NCBI GenBank assembly: GCA_964035545.1 | Contig: CAXIUT010000230.1 | Span: 1,426,001-1,490,000, forward strand | Length of the DNA: 64,000 bases | DNA from: Bugula neritina | Taxonomy: Eukaryota > Animalia > Bryozoa | Reading direction: 5' to 3' | Part shown: one piece after another, positions 45,001 through 62,100 of the stretch | Layout: every line of letters begins with the position of its first letter | How positions within the stretch are numbered: position 1 is the stretch's first letter | The notes under the pieces: generated by a model | What the model was told of the DNA's origin: nothing | Database searches by the model: none | Seen by the model: only the letters and a program-made list of their open reading frames with translations | Program-made: the position numbers and the translations under genes

Positions 45001-47146
45001 GCAACAAACTAAAATATACTGCAACATACTGAAATGTAATGTAATATACAGAAATGTACTGTAACATACTGAAATATACTGTAACAGACTGAAATATACT
45101 CTAACATACCGAAATACACTGTAACATACTGAAATATTCTGCAACATACTGCAACATACTGAATTACACTTGAACGTAATGAAATACACTGCAACACATT
45201 GAAATATACTGCAACATTTCGAAACGAATAGTAAACTAGTGAAATATACTGTAACATAATGAAACATACCGGAACATACTGCAACATAATAAAATATAGT
45301 GTAACACACTGAAAAATGCGGCATCATACCGAAATATACTGCAACACGTTGAAAGTTACTGCAACATACTGAAATATACTGCAACATACTGCAATATACT
45401 GAAATACACTGGAACATATTGAACTACACTGCAACACTCTGAAATATACTGCAACACACTGAAACATACGGCAACATACCGAAATAAACTGCGACACGTT
45501 GAAATATACTGCAACATACTGAAAAATACAGCTAGTGGTGCAACATACTGAAATGCACTATGACACACTGAAATACACTGCAACATACTGCAACATACTG
45601 AAATATACTGCGTCGCATTAAAATACACTGCAACATACTGAAATATACTGCAACATACTGAAATGTAGTGTAATATACGGAAATACACTGTAACATACTG
45701 AAATATACTGCCACTTACTGCATTATCTTGACTTACACTTGAACATAAAAAAATACACTGCAACACATTGAAATATACTGCGACATACCGAAATGAATGG
45801 TAAACTAGTGAAATATACTGTAACATAATGAAACATACCGGAACATACTGCACCTTTATAAAATGTACTGCAACACACTGAAATACACTGCAAGATACTG
45901 AAATACACTATAACACACTGAAATACACTGCAACATACTGAAGTACACTGAAATACAGTGTAACATATTGAAATACATTGCAAAACATCGAAATATACTG
46001 TATAATACTGAAACCCATGCAACATACTGAAATACGCTGCAACATACTGAAATATACTGCAACATACTGCAACATCCTAAAATACACTGTAACATACTGA
46101 AATACACCACAACATACTGCAACATACTGAAATACACTGGAACATATTGAATTACACTGCGACACATTGAAATACACTGCAACATACTGAAATATACTGC
46201 AAGATACTGCAACATACTGAAACAGACTGTGACATACTGAAATACACTGCAACGTACTGCAAGATACTGCAACATACTGAAATACACTGGAACATATTGA
46301 TATACACTGCAACACATTGAAATATACCGCAACACACTGAAACATACGGCAATATACCGAAATACACTGCGACACGCTGAAAAATACTGTAAATACTGAA
46401 ATATACTGTAAGTGGTGCAACATACTGAAATACACTGTGACACACTGAAATACACTGCAACACACTGCAACATACTGAAATACAATGTAACATATTGAAA
46501 CACTCTGCAACATACTGCAATATACTGAAATACACTGGAACATATTGGATTACACTGCAACACATTGAAATATACTGCAACACACTGAAACATATGGCAA
46601 CATACTGAGATATACTGCGACGCCTAAAAATATACTGCAATATACTGAAATATAATGCAACATACTGCAACACACTAAAATACACTGTAACATACTGAAA
46701 TACATTGCAACACATTAAAATATACTGCAACATACTGAAACATACTGCAACAAACTGAAATACACTGCAACATACTGTAAAACACTATAACATAATGAAA
46801 TATACTGCAACATACTGAGTTACTCTCTATCATACTGAAATATGCTGTAGCATACTGAAGTATACTGCAATATACTGAAATGTACTGCAACATTCTGAAC
46901 TATACTGCAACATACTGCAATATACTGAAATACACTGTAACATAAAGAAATATGCTGTAGCACACTGAAATACGCTGCAACACACTGAAGTATATTATAA
47001 TATACTGAAATGTACTGCAACATACCGAAATATACTGCAACGCATTGAATTACACTGTGACATATTGAAATATACCACAACATACTGAAATGTAGTGTAA
47101 CCTGCAGAAATGTACTGTAACATACTGAAATATACTGTAACACACT
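39060..47146 (+). repeat. Higher-order repeat, about 6452-bp period (about 1.2 copies), truncated at about 47146
   Basis: 39404 to 45856, 40223 to 46675 and 40368 to 46820 (all +6452). Its first part matches 21-23.8 kb at offset 17631. Confidence 0.82.
42060..45850 (+). repeat. About 1.9-kb duplication nested in the 6.5-kb unit (also present at about 55.3-59.1 kb)
   Basis: 42475 to 44414 (+1939); 43447 to 45356 (+1909); 55725 to 57694 (+1969); 56717 to 58646 (+1929). Confidence 0.85.
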
Positions 47147-50100
47147 CAAACATACCCTAACATACTGAAATACACTGCAACACAGTAGAGTATACTGTAA
47201 TACACTGAAATGTACTGCAACATACTGAATTATACTGCAACACACTGCAACATACTGGAACACACTGTAACATAATGAAATATGCTGTAGGACACTGAAA
47301 TACACTGCAACACCCTGAAGTATACTGTAATATACCGAAATGTTATGCAACGTACTAAAAAATAACGCAACGCGTTGAATTACACTATAACATATTGAAA
47401 TATACCGCAACATACTGAAATGTAGTGTAATATACAGAAATGAACTGTAACATACTGAAATATACTGTAACACACTCAAACATACTCTAACATACTGAAA
47501 TAGACTGTAAGATACTGAAATATACTGCAACATACTGAAATGTACTGCAACATACTGAAGTATACTGCAACATAGTGCAATGTACCGAAATACACTGTAA
47601 CATACTGAAATAAACTGCAACATACTGCAACATACTGAATTACACTTGAACATAATGAAATACACTGAAACACATTGAAATATACTGCAACATACCGAAA
47701 TAAATGGTAAACTAGTGAAATATACTGTAACATAATGAAACATACCGGAACATACTGCAACATAATAAAATATACTGTAACACACTGAAATATGCTACAA
47801 GATACTGAAATATACTGTAACATACTGAAACGTACGCAACATACTGAAATACGCTGCAACATACTGAAATATACTGCAAGATACTGTAACATACTGAAAT
47901 ACACTGAAATACACTGTAACATATTAAAATACATTGCAAAACATCGAAATATACTGCGACGTACTGAAATTTGCTGTAGCATACTGAAAGACACTACAAC
48001 TCACTGAAGGATAGTGTGACATACGGAAATGTACTGCAACATGCCCAAATATACTGCAACACACTGAAACATAAGGCAACATACTGAAATATACTGCGAT
48101 GCATTGAAATAATATACTGCAACATACTAAAATATACTGCAACATACTGCAACATCCTAAAATACACTGTAACATACTGAAATACACTGCAACACCTTGA
48201 AAAATACTGCAACATACTTAAACATATGGCAACATACTAAAATACACTATAACATATTGAAATATACTGCAACATACTGAAATACACTATAACATATTGA
48301 AATATACTGCAACATACTGAATTACACTCTTACAAACTGAAATATGCTGTAGCATACTGAATTACACTGCAACACACTGAAGTATACTGTAATATACTGA
48401 AATGTACTGCGACATACTGAATTATACTGCGACATACTGCAACATACTTAAATACACTGTAACATAATGAAATATGCTGTAGCACATTGAAATACACTGC
48501 AAAACACTGAAGTATACTGTAATATACTGAAATGTACTGCAACATACTGGAATATACTGTAACACACTGAAATATACTCTAACATACCGAAATACACTGT
48601 AACATACTGAAATAAACTGCAACATGCTGCAACATACTGCAACATACTGAAATACACTGCAACACCTTGAAAAATACTGCAACATACTTAAACATACGGC
48701 AACATACTAAAATACACTATAACATATTGAAATATACTGCAACATACTAAAATACACTAAAACATATTGAAATATGCTGTAGCATACTGAAATATACTGC
48801 CACACACTGAAGTATACTGTAATATACAGAAATGTACTGTAACATACTGTAACATACTGAAACATACGGCAACATACTGAAATGTACTGCAACATACTGA
48901 AATATACTGCAACAAAGTGCAACGTACTGAAATACACTGTAACATATTGAAATACACTGCGACACATTAAAATATACTGTAACATACTGAAATATACTTC
49001 AACATACTGCAACATACTAAACTACACTGTAACATACTGAAATACATTGCAACACATTGAAATATACTGCAACATACTGAAACATACTGTAGCGTACTGA
49101 AAGACACTACAACTCACTGAAGGATAGTGTGATATACGGCAATGTACTGCAACATCCCAAATATACTGCAACACACTGAAACATAAGGCAACATACCGAA
49201 ATATACTGCGATGCATTGAAATATACTGCAACATACTAAAATATACTGCAACATACTGCAACATCCTAAAATACACTGTAACATACTGAAATGCACTGCA
49301 ACACTTTGAAAAATACTGCAACATACTTAAACATACGGCAACATACTAAAATACACTATAACATATTGAAATATACTGCAACATACTGAAATACACTATA
49401 ACATATTGAAATATACTGCAACGTACTGAATTACACTCTAACAAACTGAAATATGCTGTAGCATACTGAAACACACGGCAACATACTGAAATGTATTGTA
49501 ACATACTGAAATATACTGCAACGTAGTGCAACGTACTGAAATACACTGTAACATAATGAAATATGCTGTAGGACACTGAAATACACTGCAACACCCTGAA
49601 GTATACTGTAATATACTGAAATGTTATGCATCGTACTGAAAAATGATGCAACGCGTTGAATTACACTATAACATATTGAAATATACCGCAACATACTGAA
49701 ATGTAGTGTAATATACAGAGATGAACTGTAACATACTGAAATATACTGTAACACACTCAAACATACCCTAACATACTGAAATACACTGCAACACAGTGGA
49801 GTATACTGTAATACACTGAAATGTACTGCAACATACTGAATTATACTGCAACACACTGCAACATACTGGAACACACTGTAACATAATGAAATATGCTGTA
49901 GGACACTGAAATACACTGCAACACCCTGAAGTATACTGTAATATACCGAAATGTTATGCAACGTACTAAAAAATAACGCAACGCGTTGAATTACACTATA
50001 ACATATTGAAATATACCGCAACATACTGAAATGTAGTGTAATATACAGAAATGAACTGTAACATACTGAAATATACTGTAACACACTCAAACATACTCTA

Positions 50101-51700
50101 ACATACTGAAATAGACTGTAACATACTGAAATATACTGCAACATACTGAAATGTACTGCAACATACTGAAGTATACTGCAACATAGTGCAATGTACCGAA
50201 ATACACTGTAACATACTGAAATAAACTGCAACATACTGCAACATACTGAATTACACTTGAACATAATGAAATACACTGAAACACATTGAAATATACTGCA
50301 ACATACCGAAATGAATGGTAAACTAGTGAAATATACTGTAACATAATGAAACATACCGGAACATACTGCAACATAATAAAATATACTGTAACACACTGAA
50401 ATATGCTACAAGATACTGAAATATACTGTAACATACTGAAACGTACGCAACATACTGAAATACGCTGCAACATACTGAAATATACTGCAAGATACTGTAA
50501 CATACTGAAATACACTGAAATACACTGTAACATATTAAAATACATTGCAAAACATCGAAATATACTGCAACGTACTGAAATTTGCTGTAGCATACTGAAA
50601 GACACTACAACTCACTGAAGGATAGTGTGACATACGGAAATGTACTGCAACATGCCCAAATATACTGCAACACACTGAAACATAAGGCAACATACTGAAA
50701 TATACTGCGATGCATTGAAATAATATACTGCAACATACTAAAATATACTGCAACATACTGCAACATCCTAAAATACACTGTAACATACTGAAATACACTG
50801 CAACACCTTGAAAAATACTGCAACATACTTAAACATATGGCAACATACTAAAATACACTATAACATATTGAAATATACTGCAACATACTGAAATACACTA
50901 TAACATATTGAAATATACTGCAACATACTGAATTACACTCTTACAAACTGAAATATGCTGTAGCATACTGAATTACACTGCAACACACTGAAGTATACTG
51001 TAATATACTGAAATGTACTGCGACATACTGAATTATACTGCGACATACTGCAACATACTTAAATACACTGTAACATAATGAAATATGCTGTAGCACACTG
51101 AAATACACTGCAAAACACTGAAGTATACTGTAATATACTGAAATGTACTGCAACATACTGGAATATACTGTAACACACTGAAATATACTCTAACATACCG
51201 AAATACACTGTAACATACTGAAATAAACTGCAACATGCTGCAACATACTGCAACATACTGAAATACACTGCAACACCTTGAAAAATACTGCAACATACTT
51301 AAACATACGGCAACATACTAAAATACACTATAACATATTGAAATATACTGCAACATACTAAAATACACTAAAACATATTGAAATATGCTGTAGCATACTG
51401 AAATATACTGCCACACACTGAAGTATACTGTAATATACAGAAATGTACTGTAACATACTGTAACATACTGAAACATACGGCAACATACTGAAATGTACTG
51501 CAACATACTGAAATATACTGCAACAAAGTGCAACGTACTGAAATACACTGTAACATATTGAAATACACTGCGACACATTAAAATATACTGTAACATACTG
51601 AAATATACTTCAACATACTGCAACATACTAAACTACACTGTAACATACTGAAATACATTGCAACACATTGAAATATACTGCAACATACTGAAACATACTG
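47115..51700 (+). repeat. Direct repeat of about 2 kb with 2611-bp offset, in a distinct satellite sub-lineage
   Basis: 47476 to 50087, 47712 to 50323, 48330 to 50941 and 48707 to 51318 (all +2611). A nested 330-bp offset duplication lies at about 49541/49871. Confidence 0.9.
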
Positions 51701-53114
51701 CAACATACTGAAATATACTGCAACATAGTGAATTACACTATGACATATTGAAATATACCGCAACATACGGAAATGTAGTGTAATATACAGAAATGAACTG
51801 AAACATACTGAAATATACTGTAACACACTGAAACATACTCTAACATACTGAAATAGACTGTAACATACTGAAATATACTGCAACATGCTGAAATGTACTG
51901 CAACATACTGAAGTATACTGCAAGATAGTGCAATGTACTGAAATACACTGTAAAATACTGAAATACACTGCAACACATTGAAATATACTGCAATATAACG
52001 AAATAAATGGTGAACTAGTGGAATATACTGTAACACAATGAAATTGACTGCAAGATACTGAAATATACTGTAACATACTGAAATGTGCTGCCACATACTG
52101 AAACATACGGCAACATACCGAAATAAACTGCGACACGTTGAAAATTACTGCAACATACTGAAATATACTGCAAGTGGTGCATCATACTGAAATACATTGT
52201 GACACATTGAAATACACTGCAACATACCGCAACATACCACAACATACTGAAATATACTGCGACGCAATAAAATATACTGCAACATACTGAAGTATACTGC
52301 AACATACTGCAACATACTAAAATACACTGCAACATACTGAAATACATTGCAACACATTAAAACATACTGCAACATACTGAAACGTACTGCAACATACTGA
52401 AATATACTGCAACATACTGAAATACTCTATAACATATTGAAATATACTGCAACATACTGAATTACACTCTAACATACTTAAATATGCTGTAGCCTACTGA
52501 AATACACTGCAACACATTGAAATATACTGCAGCATACCGAAATGAATGGTAAACTAACGAAATAAACTGTAACATATTTAAACATACCGGAACATACTGC
52601 AACATAATAAAATATACTGTAACACACTGAAATATACTGCAAGATACTGAAATTTACTGCAACATACTGAAACGTGCGCAACATACTGAAATACGCTGCA
52701 ACATACTGTAATATCCTGCAAGATACTGCAAAACACTGAGTACACTGTGTCATACTGAAATACACTGCAACATACTGCAAGATATTGCTACATACTGAAT
52801 TAGACTGTAACATATTGAAATACACTGCATCATACTGCAACATACTGAAATACACTGAAAAATATTGATATACACTGCAACACATTGAAATTTACTGCAA
52901 AATACTGAAACATAAGGCAACATACTGAAATATACTGCGACACGCTGAAATAAACTGCAACATACTAAAATATACTCCAACATACTGCAACTTCCTAAAA
53001 TACACTGTAACATACTGAAATACACTGCATTACATTGAAAATTACTGCAACATACTGAAGCATACGGCAACATACTGAAATATACTGCAACATACTGAAA
53101 TACACTATAACATA

Positions 53115-56100
53115 TTGAAATATACTGCAACACACTGAAACATACGGCAATATACCGAAATACACTGCGACACCCTGAAAAATACTGTAAATACTGAAAT
53201 ATACTGTAAGTGGTGCAACATACTGAAATACACTGTGACACACTGAAATACACTGCAACACACTGCAACATACTGAAATACAATGTAACATATTGAAACA
53301 CTCTGCAACATACTGCAATATACTGAAATACACTGGAACATATTGGATTACACTGCAACACATTGAAATATACTGCAACACACTGAAACATACGGCAACA
53401 TACTGAGATATACTGCGACGCCTAAAAATATACTGCAATATACTGAAATATAATGCAACATACTGCAACACACTAAAATACACTGTAACATACTGAAATA
53501 CATTGCAACACATTAAAATATACTGCAACATACTGAAACATACTGCAACAAACTGAAATACACTGCAACATACTGTAAAACACTATAACATAATGAAATA
53601 TACTGCAACATACTGAATTACTCTCTATCATACTGAAATATGCTGTAGCATACTGAAGTATACTGCAATATACTGAAATGTACTGCAACATTCTGAACTA
53701 TACTGCAACATACTGCAATATACTGAAATACACTGTAACATAAAGAAATATGCTGTAGCACACTGAAATACGCTGCAACACACTGAAGTATACTATAATA
53801 TACTGAAATGTACTGCAACATACCGAAATATACTGCAACGCATTGAATTACACTGTGACATATTGAAATATACCACAACATACTGAAATGTAGTGTAACC
53901 TGCAGAAATGTACTGTAACATACTGAAATATACTGTAACACACTGAAATATACTCTTACATACCGAAATACACTGTAACATACTGAAATATACTGCAAGT
54001 GGTGCAACATACTGAAATACACTGTGACACACTGAAATACGCTGCAACATACTGCAACATACTCAAATATACTGCGACGCATTAAAATATACTGCAACAT
54101 ACTGATATATACTGCAGCATACTGAAATGTAGTGTAATATACAGAAATACACTGTAGCATACTGAAATATACTGCAACATACTGCATTATCCTGAATTAC
54201 ACTTGAACATAATGAAATACACTGCAACACATTGAAATATACTGCGACATACCGAAATGAATGGTAAACTAGAGAAATATACTGAAACATATTGAAACAT
54301 ACCGGAACATACTGCAACATAACAAAATATATTGCAACACATTGAAATATACGGCAACATACCGAAATATACCGCGACACGTTGAAAAATACTGCAACAT
54401 ACTGAAATATACTGGAACATACTGCAACATACTAAAATATACTGCAACATACTGAAACATACTGCAACATACTGAAATATACTGCAACTTACTGAAATAC
54501 ACTATAACATGTTGAAATATACTGCAACATACTTAATTACACTCTAAGATGCTGAAGTATGCTGTAGCATACTAAAATACACTGCAACGCACTGAAGTAT
54601 ACTGTAATACACTGGAATGTAACGCAACATGCTTAATTATACTGCAACATACTGCAACATCCTGAAGTACACTACACATACTGCAACATACTGAAATATA
54701 CTGCAAGATACTGCAACATACTGAAATAGACTGTGACATACTGAAATACACTGCAACATAGTGCAAGAAACTGCAACATACTGAATTACACTGTAACATA
54801 TTGAAATACACTGCATCATACTGCAACATACTGACATACACTGGAACATATTGATATACACTGCGACACATTGAAATATACTGCAACACACTGCAACATG
54901 CTGAATTACACTTGAGCATGATGAAATACACTGCAAAACATTGAAATATACTGCAACATATCGAAATGAATGGTAAACTAGTGAAATATACTGTAACATA
55001 ATGAAACATACCGGAACATACTGCAACATAACGAAATATAGTGCAACACATTGAAATATACGGCAACATACCGAAATATACTGCGACACGTTGAAAAATA
55101 CTGCAACATACTGAAATATACTGCAAGTGGTGCAACATACTGAAATACACTGTGACACACTGAAATACATTGAAACATAATGCAACATACTGCAACATCC
55201 TGAAATACACTGTAACATATCGAAATACAGTGCAACATACTGCAACATACTGCAAGATACTGAAATACACTGTAACATATCGAAACACACTGCAACATAC
55301 TGCAACATACTGAAATACACTGGAACATAATGGAATACACTGCAACACATTGAAATATACTGCAACACAATGAAACATAAGGCAACATGATGAAATATAC
55401 TGCGACACATTAAAATACACTGCAACTTGCTGCAACATACTGCAACATAGTGAAGTACACCGTGACACACTGAAATACACTGCAACATACTGCAACATAC
55501 GGCAACATACTGAAATATACTGCGACGCGTTAAAATATACTGCAACATACTGAAACATACTGCAACATACTGCAACATACTAAAATACACTGCAACATAC
55601 TGAAGTACATCGCAACACATTAAAACTTACTGCAACTTACTGAAACACACTGCAACATTTTGAAATATACTGCAACATATCGAAATACACTATAACATAT
55701 TGAATTATACTGCGACATACTGAATTACACTCTAACATACTGAAATATGCTGTAGCCTACTGGAATACACTGCAACACACTGAAGTACACGGTAATACAC
55801 TGAAATGTACTGCAACATACTGAATTAAACTGCAACATACTGCAACATACTGGAATACACTGTAACATAATGAAATATGTTGTAGCACACTGAAATACAC
55901 TGCAACACACTGTAGTATACTGTAATATACTGAAATGTACTGCAACATACTGAAATATAATGCAACGCGTTGAATTACACTGTAACATGTTAAAATATAC
56001 CGCAACATACTGAAATGCACTGTAATATACAGAAATGTACTGTAACATACTGAAATATACTGTAACACACTGAATAATACTCTAACATACCGAAATACAC

Positions 56101-59100
56101 TGTAACATACTGAATTATACTGCAACATACTGCATTATACTGAATTACACTCGAACATAATGAAATACACTGCAACACATTGAAATATACTGCGACATAC
56201 CGAAATGAATGGTAAACTAGTGAAATATACTGTAACATAATGAAACATACCGGAACATACTGCAACATACTGCAACATACTGAAATACACTGAAGTATAT
56301 CGAAATACACTGCAACATACTGCAACATACTGAAATACACTGGAACATAATGGAATACACTGCAACAAACTAAAATATACTGCAACATACTGAAAAGTAA
56401 TGTAATATACAGAAATGTACTGTAACATACTGAAATATACTGTAACAGACTGAAATATACTCTAACATACCGAAATACACTGTAACATACTGAAATATTC
56501 TGCAACATACTGCAACATACTGAATTACACTTGAACGTAATGAAATACAATGCAACACATTGAAATATACTGCAACATTTCGAAACGAATAGTAAACTAG
56601 TGAAATATACTGTAACATAATGAAACATACCGGAACATACTGCAACATAATAAAATATAGTGTAACACACTGAAAAATGCGGCATCATACCGAAATATAC
56701 TGCAACACGTTGAAAGTTACTGCAACATACTGAAATATACTGCAACATACTGCAATATACTGAAATACACTGGAACATATTGAACTACACTGCAACACTC
56801 TGAAATATACTGCAACACACTGAAACATACGGCAACATACCGAAATAAACTGCGACACGTTGAAATATACTGCAACATACTGAAATATACTGCTAGTGGT
56901 GCAACATACTGAAATGCACTATGACACACTGAAATACACTGCGACATACTGCAACATACTGAAATATACTGCGTCGCATTAAAATACACTGCAACATACT
57001 GAAATATACTGCAACATACTGAAATGTAGTGTAATATACGGAAATACACTGTAACATACTGAAATATACTGCCACTTACTGCATTATCTTGACTTACACT
57101 GGAACATAAAAAAATACACTGCAACACATTGAAATATACTGCGACATACCGAAATGAATGGTAAACTAGTGAAATATACTGTAACATAATGAAACATACC
57201 GGAACATACTGCAACATACTGCAACATACTGAAATACACTGAAGTATATCGAAATACACTGCAACATACTGCAACATACTGAAATACACTGGAACATAAT
57301 GGAATACACTGCAACACATTGAAATATACTGCAACACAATGAAACATAAGGCAACATGATGAAATATACTGCGACACATTAAAATACACTGCAACTTGCT
57401 GCAACATACTGCAACATAGTGAAGTACACCGTGACACACTGAAATACACTGCAACATACTGCAACATACGGCAACATACTGAAATATACTGCGACGCGTT
57501 AAAATATACTGCAACATACTGAAACATACTGCAACATACTGCAACATACTAAAATACACTGCAACATACTGAAGTACATCGCAACACATTAAAACTTACT
57601 GCAACTTACTGAAACACACTGCAACATTTTGAAATATACTGCAACATATCGAAATACACTATAACATATTGAATTATACTGCGACATACTGAATTACACT
57701 CTAACATACTGAAATATGCTGTAGCCTACTGGAATACACTGCAACACACTGAAGTACACGGTAATACACTGAAATGTACTGCAACATACTGAATTAAACT
57801 GCAACATACTGCAACATACTGGAATACACTGTAACATAATGAAATATGTTGTAGCACACTGAAATACACTGCAACACACTGTAGTATACTGTAATATACT
57901 GAAATGTACTGCAACATACTGGAATATAATGCAACGCGTTGAATTACACTGTAACATGTTGAAATATACCGCAACATACTGAAATGCACTGTAATATACA
58001 GAAATGTACTGTAACATACTGAAATATACTGTAACACACTGAATTATACTGCAACATACTGCATTATACTGAATTACACTTGAACATAATGAAATACACT
58101 GCAACACATTGAAATATACTGCGACATACCGAAATGAATGGTAAACTAGTGAAATATACTGTAACATAATGAAACATACCGGAACATACTGCAACATACT
58201 GCAACATACTGAAATACACTGAAGTATATCGAAATACACTGCAACATACTGCAACATACTGAAATACACTGGAACATAATGGAATACACTGCAACAAACT
58301 AAAATATACTGCAACATACTGAAATGTAATGTAATATACAGAAATGTACTGTAACATACTGAAATATACTGTAACAGACTGAAATATACTCTAACATACC
58401 GAAATACACTGTAACATACTGAAATATTCTGCAACATACTGCAACATACTGAATTACACTTGAACGTAATGAAATACACTGCAACACATTGAAATATACT
58501 GCAACATTTCGAAACGAATAGTAAACTAGTGAAATATACTGTAACATAATGAAACATACCGGAACATACTGCAACATAATAAAATATAGTGTAACACACT
58601 GAAAAATGCGGCATCATACCGAAATATACTGCAACACGTTGAAAGTTACTGCAACATACTGAAATATACTGCAACATACTGCAATATACTGAAATACACT
58701 GGAACATATTGAACTACACTGCAACACTCTGAAATATACTGCAACACACTGAAACATACGGCAACATACCGAAATAAACTGCGACACGTTGAAATATACT
58801 GCAACATACTGAAATATACAGCTAGTGGTGCAACATACTGAAATGCACTATGACACACTGAAATACACTGCAACATACTGCAACATACTGAAATATACTG
58901 CGTCGCATTAAAATACACTGCAACATACTGAAATATACTGCAACATACTGAAATGTAGTGTAATATACGGAAATACACTGTAACATACTGAAATATACTG
59001 CCACTTACTGCATTATCTTGACTTACACTTGAACATAAAAAAATACACTGCAACACATTGAAATATACTGCGACATACCGAAATGAATGGTAAACTAGTG

Positions 59101-62100
59101 AAATATACTGTAACATAATGAAACATACCGGAACATACTGCACCTTTATAAAATGTACTGCAACACACTGAAATACACTGCAAGATACTGAAATACACTA
59201 TAACACACTGAAATACACTGCAACATACTGAAGTACACTGAAATACAGTGTAACATATTGAAATACATTGCAAAACATCGAAATATACTGTATAATACTG
59301 AAACCCATGCAACATACTGAAATACGCTGCAACATACTGAAATATACTGCAACATACTGCAACATCCTAAAATACACTGTAACATACTGAAATACACCAC
59401 AACATACTGCAACATACTGAAATACACTGGAACATATTGAATTACACTGCGACACATTGAAATACACTGCAACATACTGAAATATACTGCAAGATACTGC
59501 AACATACTGAAACAGACTGTGACATACTGAAATACACTGCAACGTACTGCAAGATACTGCAACATACTGAAATACACTGGAACATATTGATATACACTGC
59601 AACACATTGAAATATACCGCAACACACTGAAACATACGGCAATATACCGAAATACACTGCGACACCCTGAAAAATACTGTAAATACTGAAATATACTGTA
59701 AGTGGTGCAACATACTGAAATACACTGTGACACACTGAAATACACTGCAACACACTGCAACATACTGAAATACAATGTAACATATTGAAACACTCTGCAA
59801 CATACTGCAATATACTGAAATACACTGGAACATATTGGATTACACTGCAACACATTGAAATATACTGCAACACACTGAAACATATGGCAACATACTGAGA
59901 TATACTGCGACGCCTAAAAATATACTGCAATATACTGAAATATAATGCAACATACTGCAACACACTAAAATACACTGTAACATACTGAAATACATTGCAA
60001 CACATTAAAATATACTGCAACATACTGAAACATACTGCAACAAACTGAAATACACTGCAACATACTGTAAAACACTATAACATAATGAAATATACTGCAA
60101 CATACTGAGTTACTCTCTATCATACTGAAATATGCTGTAGCATACTGAAGTATACTGCAATATACTGAAATGTACTGCAACATTCTGAACTATACTGCAA
60201 CATACTGCAATATACTGAAATACACTGTAACATAAAGAAATATGCTGTAGCACACTGAAATACGCTGCAACACACTGAAGTATATTATAATATACTGAAA
60301 TGTACTGCAACATACCGAAATATACTGCAACGCATTGAATTACACTGTGACATATTGAAATATACCACAACATACTGAAATGTAGTGTAACCTGCAGAAA
60401 TGTACTGTAACATACTGAAATATACTGTAACACACTGAAATATACTCTTACATACCGAAATACACTGTAACATACTGAAATATACTGCAAGTGGTGCAAC
60501 ATACTGAAATACACTGTGACACACTGAAATACACTGCAACATACTGCAACATACTGAAATATACTGCGACGCATTAAAATATACTGCAACATACTGATAT
60601 ATACTGCAGCATACTGAAATGTAGTGTAATATACAGAAATACGCTGTAGCATACTGAAATATACTGCAACATACTGCATTATCCTGAATTACACTTGAAC
60701 ATAATGAAATACACTGCAACACATTGAAATATACTGCGACATACCGAAATGAATGGTAAACTAGAGAAATATACTGAAGCATATTGAAACATACCGGAAC
60801 ATACTGCAACATAACAAAATATATTGCAACACATTGAAATATACGGCAACATACCGAAATATACCGCGACACGTTGAAAAATACTGCAACATACTGAAAT
60901 ATACTGGAACATACTGCAACATACTAAAATATACTGCAACATACTGAAACATACTGCAACATACTGAAATATACTGCAACTTACTGAAATACACTATAAC
61001 ATGTTGAAATATACTGCAACATACTTAATTACACTCTAAGATGCTGAAGTATGCTGTAGCATACTAAAATACACTGCAACGCACTGAAGTATACTGTAAT
61101 ACACTGGAATGTAACGCAACATGCTTAATTATACTGCAACATACTGAAACATACTGAAATACACTACACATACTGCAACATACTGAAATATACTGCAAGA
61201 TACTGCAACATACTGAAATAGACTGTGACATACTGAAATACACTGCAACATAGTGCAAGAAACTGCAACATACTGAATTACACTGTAACATATTGAAATA
61301 CACTGCATCATACTGCAACATACTGACATACACTGGAACATATTGATATAGACTGCAACACATTGAAATATACTGCAACACACTGCAACATGCTGAATTA
61401 CACTTGAGCATGATGAAATACACTGCAAAACATTGAAGTATACTGCAACATATCGAAATGAATGGTAAACTAGTGAAATATACTGTAACATAATGAAACA
61501 TACCGGAACATACTGCAACATAACAAAATATAGTGCAACACATTGAAATATACGGCAACATACCGAAATATACTGCGACACGTTGAAAAATACTGCAACA
61601 TACTGAAATATACTGCAAGTGGTGCAACATACTGAAATACACTGTGACACACTGAAATACATTGAAACATAATGCAACATACTGCAACATCCTGAAATAC
61701 ACTGTAACATATCGAAATACAGTGCAACATACTGCAACATACTGCAAGATACTGAAATACACTGTAACATATCGAAACACACTGCAACATACTGCAACAT
61801 ACTGAAATACACTGGAACATAATGGAATACACTGCAACACATTGAAATATACTGCAACACACTGAAACATAAGGCAACATGATGAAATATACTGCGACAC
61901 ATTAAAATACACTGCAACATGCTGCAACATACTGCAACATAGTGAAGTACACCGTGACACACTGAAATACACTGCAACATACTGCAACATACGGCAACAT
62001 ACTGAAATATACTGCGACGCGTTAAAATATACTGCAACATACTGAAACATACAGCAACATACTGCAACATACTAAAATACACTGCAACATACTGAAGTAC

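Noticed and set aside
39865-60436. Long direct repeats flanking a 6-kb interior, read as an LTR element or composite transposon
   Set aside because: Both the repeats and the interior are the same satellite. I saw no PBS/PPT, target-site duplication, terminal inverted repeats or coding domains.
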